NCBI RefSeq assembly: GCF_006345805.1 | Contig: NC_043008.1 | Span: 44,392,001-44,456,000 of the forward strand | Reading direction: 5' to 3' | Length of the DNA: 64,000 bases | DNA from: Octopus sinensis | Lineage: Eukaryota | In this document: positions 53,691 through 64,000 of the stretch, piece after piece | How the letters are laid out: every line of letters starts with the position of its first letter | How positions within the stretch are numbered: position 1 is the first letter of the stretch | Translations under genes and position numbers: made by a program | The notes under the pieces: generated by a model | The model's database searches: none | Told to the model about the DNA's origin: nothing | What the model saw: only the letters and a program-made list of their open reading frames with translations

Positions 53691-54967
53691 GAGTATATAT
53701 TACAGAGGAAACAAAAACATTTCTAAGCAAGATAGATATGTTTCTCTTACATAGTGAACATATGTGAAAATCAATGTATATGACTTTATATGGAATAATA
53801 TCACAATTTTTTATAAAAAAAATACAAACGAAAATGTTATTATTTTCTATTTTCTTACGTTTCAACATTTATTTTGATATCTTTCAAGATAACGTTTGAC
53901 CTTAAAAAACAACATGCTTACGGGAATATTTTTTAAAATGTTAAATAAAATGTCTGTTTGTGTATTGTGGTTGATTAGTGAATAAATAAAGGCAATTATT
54001 TGATTGTCTAGACGTCTTTATACAGGAATTTATTTTCACCTAATTTAAAATCGCTCCTGGCAAGTGACTCGAATATTTAATGGGGAATTATCTACCTTCG
54101 TATCAACGAATATATGTCACACTTTTGTTATTTATCGAAAGACATTTCGTTCATCACCAACCGTATCTGTTTTACTTAGCATCATCTAAAGTAATGTAGG
54201 TCAACATAATTTCAAAACATTCCTTAAGGCACTACATACTGATGGAATAGATATACGAACGAACTCCGTTTTCCTCATCGTATTTAGCGATATAGTAAGA
54301 AAGAATTCGACTTTTATGTCCTTTGATAATGAAGATGAACGGTGATTTGCGAAGAAAATCAATGATAGTTCACGCTGTACTTCGTTGTTTTAATGTCAAA
54401 TGTTCGCCATGCTATTTCTTTCATTCAGATAAAATCCTCTGGCGCAAGACGAGGAAGAGACTTTTAAATTGCTTATATAGGCATTAATCTACAGACAAAT
54501 GATCTTAATGTTTTACATTTTCCCCGAGGAATTATTTGAGAGGCATTTGAACTCGTGACCTTCGCAGACAGAGGGAGGGAAGCAAGATATACAAGTATGC
54601 TTCTATGTGTATATACACACACGCGCGTACACATACACACACGTAACTATATTGAGCGTTACCAACCTCGCCTATTATGTAGAGGAGAATAATGTTCGTT
54701 TATAAATATACTTAACTTACAAATCCATTTTACCCTTATGATACGAATAAAAAGTAAAGCGAATATCAAATAAATAGTGCGTGTGTTTAATTGGCAAGAA
54801 TAAAGACTATGTCCAAGTATAGTCATATTTATTTCAATACACGCTTTCACATCAAGAATCTTGCAAAATAAATAACATAACTTCATATTAATGTGAGCGG
54901 CTAACCTATATTTTACAAAGTACGGGTTTATTCTTAAACAAGAATTTTCTCAGCTGTCAAGATTTGT

Positions 54968-55025
<58 letters not shown>

Positions 55026-55029
55026 TATA

Positions 55030-55060
<31 letters not shown>

Positions 55061-55189
55061 CATGCATACATACATACATACATACATACATACATACAAT
55101 ACAACTATATATATATATATATATATATATCTGGGAACTAGTCTGAGATCTGTTTGATATATATATCTAAAAGTTCCCAGACTAGTTGT

Positions 55190-55555
55190 GTGACGCGCTG
55201 GCAGCTTGCAGCACACGGTCGCATGCCCAATGAGATCTCGCTGTGACTTTCATGAGATGAATTCGATCTACGGGTCGGGCTGTATGATGTGTTCTTCAGC
55301 AAGGCACACTTTATTTTATATTACTCCACTTCACTCACCTGTAGAAATGAGTTGTGTCGTCACCTGTATTAAGCTGTATCGGCGTTTGCCTTTCCTTTCG
55401 ATGACATCGGTGGCATGGAGAAACGGGGCCTTGTTTGCATGGGCGACTGATGGTTTTCCGTAACCAACCTTTACCCAGACTCGAGACTTTTGCCTCGGTG
55501 AGGAACAGTCTTGTAATTCCGTGCCATTCATGACCGAACGGGATCGTTACCCTTT
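55190..55555 (+). mobile_element. Diverged SINE, family D (CORE-like body)
   Basis: cagcaaggcacactttat..ctccacttcactcacctgtagaaatgagt body and a GC-richer tail ending cattcatgaccgaacggg. Confidence 0.55.
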
Positions 55556-55787
55556 TTAGTATATTGCATGTATATGTACATGCGTATGTGTATGAGTGTG
55601 TGCGTGTGCGTGGTTGCAGGCGGGTGTGCGTGTATGTATGCATCTATGCATGTATATATGTATGTATATTTCAGAATGTGTGTTCACAGATATAAGTAAT
55701 GCCACAGATTGAAACAAAATGGTGGCAGACGTATCAAAATCTATAAACTCACCATTTTCTGATGCATATAATTCTACAGGAGAATTA

Positions 55788-55840
55788 TGGAATTATGGGC
55801 TTTGAACATTATGTTTTTCTGTTCAAAGCTCATAATACCA
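55788..55840 (+). other. Hairpin with 21-nt arms and an 11-nt loop (pre-miRNA-like geometry)
   Basis: tggaattatgggctttgaaca pairs with tgttcaaagctcataatacca, with one A-A mismatch and one G-U pair. Confidence 0.85.
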
Positions 55841-56835
55841 AATATTTTCATTTCTAGAAGTTTCTTCACCTGGCATATTATAAGGAGCTCAGAATCTGCT
55901 AACTTTTGTCATATGATAATGAATATGGTTGAATGTCATTGTAACTATCTTCTTTATCCGCTTTGCAGATCTTTTCGTTTATGAGACAATATCCTAAACA
56001 TCAACTCAAAGAACAGAAATTCTGAAAGGTTATTATCACCGAATTCTATAAAAGGAAATCATTCACTTCATTTCACTTCCATTTAAATATCAAGCTGTAG
56101 TTTTCGTTTAACTTAAAATCTCGTTCAAAATACTCAAACAAACAAACAGGTTTCAAATGCTAATGTGTTTTCTTGTACTATACCTTCCCTTTTTCTACTA
56201 TAAAAGTTCAAATTTCTCAGAGAAGCTTACTCAAAAAATTTAGAAAATTTCTCTTTACTGAGATATTTACTAATTTTATCCTGAAATGTTGCAACATTTT
56301 GAGACGAAATAAGAAATATCTTGAACGTCTTGAATCTGACCATAAACCAAACAATATTTAGGAACGACACGATGGCATCGTTGTTATACTCGGGAATGGC
56401 CATTTTTTCGCACTTAAACACACGCACTATTTAACTGAGCTTCGCTCTTCTGTCTATTCATATAAATTTTAGTTTATACTCCAGTCTAATTTTCTTCGTC
56501 ACACATTCTGTGGCCTTCTTACTGACTTTGTTTCATAAAAACAAGCATTTACACACGCGCGCGGCACACACACGATCACACACACACACACACACGCACA
56601 CACGCACACACTCACAAATTTGTTTTCCCAGTTTCTATTCCTGTATGTTATATATTTTAGAAATGACTAGTGTCTTTATATTTTATATATGTGAAGCATC
56701 ATTTGTTATACATGTATGTATAATGTTGTAATTGTCATTTTAGTAAATAAATAAATTTACATAATATAATGTCTAAAAGTTGATGAATACCACCTATTGA
56801 TCCCTTCCATTTTCTTATTGCCCTCTCTCTCACTC

Positions 56836-56879
<44 letters not shown>

Positions 56880-57937
56880 AGAGTCTTAGATAAATGCGAG
56901 CCTGGCTTAAGTCAGTATAGTACAATTGTTGGCTGACAGCGTGAATAGAATTGCATATTTTTCCTGAAAAGAAGCCATTGTGAAACTCCGAGTATAATAA
57001 GTTAGGTGAGGAGTATGACATATTAAGTTCAAGAATAAAATGTTCTGCATTACATTGATTCCTTAGTTACGAGCGTTTCAACAAAGCCGGTAAGTCTATA
57101 CATGAATATAATTATGAATAAAAATACGACTAAATATTGCTATTGAACCCAGTGTCACATGCAATAGGTATGATATATTCTTATCGGACCAAAACTTTGT
57201 CCTATTAAACATTTTTATCTCTCCACTCGGAGGACGGAACTCAGATATGCTCAATATTCATGTGCTTCCATGACTGGTTGCACATTTTTGTGAACTACAT
57301 CGGCCAACATTAGGAAGTAAGACCGAGCCAACAGAAACAGCTGTTGAGATTGTAACGCCATACGTTCTCCTCTTTAATTTTCTTTACTTTTGTACACTAC
57401 ATAATTTCGCTATCTTAATATATAAGTGCCCATATATTAATACTTAAATGTTCATCGTGTGAAAGTTTGCAGTCTTTGCTTAATCTCTTTTTATATAACT
57501 AACCCAGGCAACTTTTATTTGTTTATTTGGATCATTATCGCCATATCTCCGCCTCTGCTTTACTCTTACATCAACTCTCTACCTTGCGGCGACGGTCATT
57601 GGTAAATATTTCGAAGTGCTACCATGATTGCGGAACAATTTTCTTGCGCTACCGACATATTCCTGTGTTTTTTAACATTATTCTTCTATTATAGACGCTA
57701 TCTCGGCACGATGGCCCCATTTTTAGGATGCTTTCAATGACTCATTTGCTTTGATTACAATATACAGATTAATGTCTGCCTCTGTCGCTATCACTGTCTT
57801 TCTCTGTAATCTTTTAGATGTGTCATTATTCAGTATATTTCAAGATTTTTTGCGAATAGAGAAAGAACCGGTTTCTAGCCTGTATCCAGTGCTCCTTCAT
57901 TGTAATTTCAACATCAACAGCAGTGTATTTTTGTATT

Positions 57938-57973
<36 letters not shown>

Positions 57974-58319
57974 TATATTCTGTTGTAAGTGCATGCATAT
58001 ATTTGCATACATGTTTAATACTTTATGACAGACATTTCCATAGCCATCAGCATTAACTTTCTCACTCATAACGCGTGTATGTTCTGAAAATATAATTTTC
58101 CCATATTCAAGGCCCTGATAAAGCTATAGCAAATTATCCAGGTACACAGCTAAGAGTCCATCACATCTTAACGCCGAAACAGCTGTAAGCTAATGAGGTT
58201 CATTACATAACCTTTATTTCATCCCAGTGTCATCTCTGTTTTTTCTGTAACCACTCTTTACTCACTATACTCATCTAACATTGTGTACTGGACCATACAT
58301 ATGTGTGTGTGTGTCTGTG

Positions 58320-58532
58320 TGTGGATCGCTGAAAATTTTCCGGCCTTGGGTAAAAGTAATACAACCGGATCAGTTAATTATGATTTTATTCGACATATTC
58401 CAATCTCAGATTCACACACTTATTGCTTCGGCCACTTGGTATTTCTAAACCCTATAAAAGAACTCGGAAAATTGGGCTTCCAACCTGGCTGCGACACCCA
58501 TAATACCAGAAACTTTTCAGCAGCCCCTCGTA
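58320..58532 (-). mobile_element. Mariner-derived MITE (~210 bp)
   Basis: Ends cagaaacttttcagcagcccctcg-TA; inverted relative to 60135-60343. Confidence 0.8.
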
Positions 58533-59302
58533 TGCGCGGAAGTGTATGTATGTGTTAGCTGATTGTTTGTTCGGAAGTTTCTGTGTATGTCTATATCTGT
58601 AATTTTTGTACATTACTATATGTATCTATCCGGCTCAAGTTTGCTTGCATATACTATTTTAACCGGAAGTTTAATTATATTCCGAAATCTATTCTCTTCC
58701 CTTTTTTTTTCTTAAATATAGAACAGAATTCTAGTTCCAGACAGAAAATACATCATTGAATTTTTGCCAGATTTTGAGGCTTGAAAATATTTGACAAGCG
58801 ATTCTAGAACCGTTTCCATTTCAGTAGACGCCTTACCGACATAACGCGATACACCTGTGATGCGTACGGTTTTCAAATTATTCAGTTTATCATGCACGCT
58901 CATTACCACCGTTCCCCGGAATTTTGGTGTTTGCTTGTATATAAATTCACTTTGGTTGATGAGGTACAAATATCTTCTTTGTAATGAATATGTTCACTTT
59001 TTTCTCGAAGGAAAATTATGCAAAAACGCTTCCATTTCTGCAAAACAAAATGTCATTTCCTCTGTTTGTTTACCGAATATTCTAATGAATTAGAAGAAAT
59101 TCACTTAACTCTAAATACCTTTCTTCAGGTAGCAATATTTCCTGCGTGCTCTGGGTTGAAATTTTATCCATATAAAAGTTAATCTGTTATTTTTATATCT
59201 GTGGAGGAAAGACAAACCCGGTATCTATTATCTATTCCATCAACTGACATTATCCTTTACTGCAAACTGTGTGATATTTTGTTCCTCAGTTACAATTTAA
59301 AA

Positions 59303-59360
<58 letters not shown>

Positions 59361-60134
59361 GTTTCCAGGAAACTATGCAATTGAAAACAATGTATGGGTT
59401 GTTTCGAGTTCGTTGTCTGTTTTCTTTTCGTGGAAAAAACTTAGGCCTGATGTCAGTATAAGGAAGGAAAATTACTACCGGAACTAGACGTTGTTGTTGT
59501 CGTCGTCGACGATGTTGATGATGATGATGATGATGACAACGACGACGACGACGATGATGATGATGATGATGACGATGAGGATAATGGCGACGACGTTGTT
59601 TGTGCTGTTTAGCCGTTTGTGTCAGATCTGTTTAAGTTAACATATCAAAGACATTTCGCTCGAGACCATCCCAAAAGTTGTTATTGTTTTGCAAGACTTC
59701 GGTGTTCAGTGTGTCATTTTTATTTTAGTAAGACACCAAAATCTGACTTGCGGATGATTTGATGGTTTCATATATATATTATAGATAGATAGATTTCGAT
59801 TGATCCTGTACTGACTGTCACTTTGGCTCAAATATCTGTAGTTCTTGTAATTGTTGTTGATGTTTTGCTCCAAGTCATCTATCTTTAAGGAAATCTGATA
59901 TCAAAAATATTCCATACGTGATGATCCTGCTAACCTATCGATCCGGCATTGCCTATCTAGGACTACATTATCGATTGTGTCGTTCTATTTTGAATACTTT
60001 GACTGTACTTGATATACACATCATAATCGCTCTTTCTATGAGATCGACAGACCACTAAGAAGATTTCTTTTAAGCTGGAGTCAGAAAATCTTTAAAAATG
60101 CACTTACAGAATGAACCATTTGCTACACAAAATA

Positions 60135-60343
60135 TACGAGGGTTTGCTGAAAATGTCCTAGCTTTAAGGGTCTGGCGAAAGGCCTGGTTCGAAGCCCAAC
60201 ATTCCGAGTACTTTTACGAGACTTAGAAAAACTGAAGGATCGCTGCAATAAGTATGTTAATCCGAGTGCGGAATATCATAATTAACTGCTCCCCCTGTAT
60301 TTTGTTTTACCCAAACCCAGGAACTGTCTGCATCCAGCTCGTA
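60135..60343 (+). mobile_element. Mariner-derived MITE with TA TSD
   Basis: TA-cgagggtttgctgaaaatgtcctag ... ccaggaactgtctgcatccagctcg-TA. Confidence 0.85.
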
Positions 60344-60361
60344 TTTGCACACACACACATG

Positions 60362-60580
60362 TACAGAAGAGGTAATTGAAAAGTTCTTGGTTTCAAGGAT
60401 ATCGCGAAAAGCCTGGTTGGCGGCCTATCCATCCTTGTTCTAGTACAGGGCTTAGAAAAACTGAAGTATCTTTGCAATATGGGTATGAATCTGAGAAGGG
60501 AATATGTAGAATAAAATCACAATTAACTCATCTTCCTGTATTCTCTTTTACCCCGAAGCCAGGAACGTTTCAGTACAAAT
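60362..60580 (+). mobile_element. Second adjacent, more diverged copy of the same MITE
   Basis: gaaaagttcttggttt..cttagaaaaactgaag..gaagccaggaacgtttcag. Confidence 0.75.
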
Positions 60581-61345
60581 TCTTGACAGAATCCTTAGAA
60601 CATAAATGTATTGCTTTTCAGGCTGGTTGTTCAAATCCAGCTCAGGCCATTTTTGTCTTTCATTCGTACGGGGACGATAAATAAAGTACACTTACTCTAC
60701 TATGGTCGACACATCTCTATCCTCTTTCTTCCCGTCTGCGTGAATTTCTCCCTTTCTTGTAGAAATCAGCTGTTGACAGTCTTGTAGTGTAAGGGATTCC
60801 ACCAACACTAACGCAGGCTCCACCAAAAACTAAAATATACTAACGGGGCTGATACGGTTCCGTCAAGGGATTGAAACCCCATTGCAATGTAAGAATGTAT
60901 TGTACACGTTCGGGTTCAACGTCGTGTTTAAGTCATACTATTATGTATTATAGAATAATTGGAATTCATTTAGCTTAATCTGAAATCCAAAATGTTATAT
61001 TTACGAAGACTCGGGGAAAAAGATATACAATTAGAATGCTTAACTTGGGAAACCGCTATAAAATTGATCCCAGATTAGAAAAAACAAAAGAGAAAGAAGA
61101 AAAATCTCTACAGCGTTCACTGAGCGAGTGAGCATTAGTGGTGGGGCATGAGCCATCGACGTAACTTATATGATATCACACAATTTGTTAGAAGCAGCAG
61201 CCAAAAGCAAGCCCGAATTTCATTCGGACGGTTTAAAAGGAGTACAAAATTTAAAATATACTTCAAAGTACAGAATCAGGTAGAGAAGTTTAGTGTTCCA
61301 ACATCTTTTATAACTTTGCCGCACTCGGGCAAAATATGGACAGAA

Positions 61346-61503
61346 ACCACCACCACCAGCACCGTGGCCACCAGCGCCACCACCACCACCAACACAACAA
61401 CAACACAACCACCACCACAGCCACCAAACCACCACAACCACCACAGCCACCACAACCACCAACAACAACACCAACATAAACACCACCACAGCCATTACCA
61501 CTA
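61346..61503. repeat. (CAC/CAA)n trinucleotide repeat
   Basis: Visible directly; source of the poly-T/H/Q ORF at 61148. Confidence 0.95.
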
Positions 61504-61611
61504 ACACCGTTTTTGCTTAGGTCAACCTCATAAATATGCTGGTATATATTTCAAAGCATTATCCCCATAAACATATGTATATACATATCCTTATATATAC
61601 TCACACACACA

Positions 61612-61664
<53 letters not shown>

Positions 61665-61680
61665 CCATATATATATATAT

Positions 61681-61729
<49 letters not shown>

Positions 61730-62131
61730 CATATATATATGCATATATATATATGTGCGTGTGTGTTTCTGTATGTATATGTATATGACATGAGTGATAC
61801 TGCCTAGTGTCTCCTCTCAACAAAAGTATAATGACAGCATTGTACATGTATTATGTCACAGCTGGACACGACCCATTCCCATTTAGATAAATCCATACAA
61901 ATAATAGAGCCGCCGCCATATTTGATCGACGACCTCACACTGCAACAACCATGTGAAGTACAACGTTGAATTTATTGTTGCTTTGGCATAATAAATTTTG
62001 TCAACCTCATTAATATTCAAATGAACGTGAGATTGTTTTTGACGTTGCTTCTTCTCTTCCTGTTGTTGAACGCTGGCTCAACTCTAGTTGAGCTCACTTA
62101 TCATTGAACACCATTTCGGACTGATTTATCA

Positions 62132-62170
<39 letters not shown>

Positions 62171-62297
62171 ATCCATCTGTCTCCCTCTTATACACACACA
62201 CACATATGTACATTTGTATATATACATATATGCATATATGTAAAATGTATGTATGTGTGTACGTATGTATGTAAGTACATATGCATATATATGTATG

Positions 62298-62328
<31 letters not shown>

Positions 62329-62333
62329 TATAC

Positions 62334-62379
<46 letters not shown>

Positions 62380-62541
62380 TATATATATATATATTATATA
62401 TATATACGTATATATATATATAATATATATATATATATATAATGTTATATTTGGGATGGTCATATTGCCAGTTTAGCCAATATCTGTTTCAACACACGAC
62501 TTCACATAAAAAATCTTGCGCAACAAATATTTAAACGTATA

Positions 62542-62639
<98 letters not shown>

Positions 62640-62776
62640 CATATATATACATATATATACATATATATACATATATATATGTATATATATATATACAAAC
62701 ATATATATATGTGTGTGTATGTGGGTGTGCGTGTAAGTGTATATATATATATACACACATACATACATATATATTC

Positions 62777-63096
62777 TATAAAGGTTCGTGGGTAAGGCCA
62801 GAACAATGCCAAGTAAATGCAAAGCAAATCATAAGAAAACGAATATATGAATTAATGTAGACTTAACTTCTATTCAATATTTCAGGGTTATGACCCCATC
62901 CTCAAGAATTTAACGAATGTTGCTGACGTGCATGTGTGTAAACGCACAAATACTCACATTGGCAACATTTGTAAAATTTCTTGAAAATGGGGTCACAACC
63001 CCGAAATATTGTATACATTAATTGGCATATTTGCTTTCTTGTGATTTGCCTTGGATTTACTTCGCATTGTTCTGGCCCTACCCACGATGCTTTATA
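62777..63096. mobile_element. Palindromic MITE-like fold-back, ~140-bp arms, ~25-bp spacer
   Basis: cgtgggta.ggccagaacaatgc.aagtaaat and aatatttc.gggtt.tgaccccat on the left occur reverse-complemented on the right. Confidence 0.9.
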
Positions 63097-63439
63097 CAAT
63101 ATATTCTAGAGAATGCTTCATAATAATCATTCCAGACACACACACACACATACACACACACACACACACACAGACGCACACACACACACACACATAAATG
63201 CATGTATGCATGTGCTTGTGTATACTAGCATGTGTTTCCTCCGAGATCCTGCGGCGCAAGTTGATCAAAATTGAGAGTAGGATAGACGAAGGCTTGCTCT
63301 TCCTTCAGTAGGAGAAAAAATTCAAATCGGACCATGTTAACACCAAAAATTCCTTACATCAAAAAGGTGCTTTTTTTCTATGGAAAATCGCTATTTTTTT
63401 TATGATTTTCCATCTGCTGTGTCGGCATTTTTCGGTGTA

Positions 63440-63564
63440 TTTCAACCATAAAAATGTTCTCTTAAAGAGAATAACAAGCTACATGATGCAAACCTTTTAC
63501 TTTTCAAAAATTCCAATTCTAAAGGATCGAAACAAACTCGAGCAACGCCGGGCGATACTGCTAG
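63440..63564 (+). mobile_element. Possible non-autonomous Helitron 3' end
   Basis: Subterminal imperfect hairpin ctcgagcaacgccggg followed by CTAG at 63561-63564; the next base is G rather than the expected T. Confidence 0.35.
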
Positions 63565-64000
63565 GATATATATATAGATAAACATTTTAAGTCGCAATAT
63601 TGTAATCAAACGGTAACTATGGCAACCAAGTTGAAACTTGTTAGAATTATTACCGACAATAGCGAACATAAACGTAAATCTTATCCTTCTTTGAATTCAG
63701 ACAGACTAATACGAAGGTATTTTTCTGTCTAGACGGACATCAAGACTCTTCAATAATGCAGAACATACACAAGGACAATCGAAAGTATTGAGAATATATC
63801 AGTGATTCACCTGTGCATATATGTACCTGTCCGTTTGTGTGTGTGTGTGTGTGTGTGTATGAATGTATGATTTATATACGCGTAGTCATTTACACACATA
63901 CACACACAACTATGTATATATATATATATATGTATGTGTGCAGGTGTACAGGACAAGTAAATTATTTATTTAAGTGTATATACATTCATAGGCACAAGCA

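Noticed and set aside
61148-61504. His/Thr/Gln-rich ORF as a transcription-factor or mucin-like exon
   Set aside because: Low complexity comes from a (CAC/CAA)n repeat, with no domain or good splice boundaries

Overview
AT-rich eukaryotic genomic DNA, very rich in microsatellites, with one 100-N assembly gap (38794-38893). The repeat content suggests a coleoid cephalopod, most likely an Octopus species. This is inferred from tRNA-derived SINEs with internal (TA/TG)n, RTE-BovB LINEs, R4/Dong and Penelope-like remnants, and mariner MITEs; it was not confirmed by search. No protein-coding gene can be supported. Almost all ORFs in the supplied track are microsatellite artefacts or decayed transposon frames, so the window is probably intronic or intergenic. 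The most interesting signals are: (1) about eight minimal type-I hammerhead-ribozyme-like motifs in three sequence families inside Penelope-like fragments, with recurrent non-canonical cores (A6->U plus an extra purine; a compensatory U3-A8 pair); (2) a ~430-bp, ~98%-identical inverted copy of an RTE 3' end plus flank, inserted into a second RTE 24 kb away with a duplicated LINE tail; (3) a dimeric SINE that retroposes as one unit, shown by target-site duplications; (4) many fold-back elements able to form long dsRNA; (5) two hairpins with pre-miRNA geometry. Family labels A-D and P1/P2 are my working names. Element boundaries and percent identities are approximate, read by eye.
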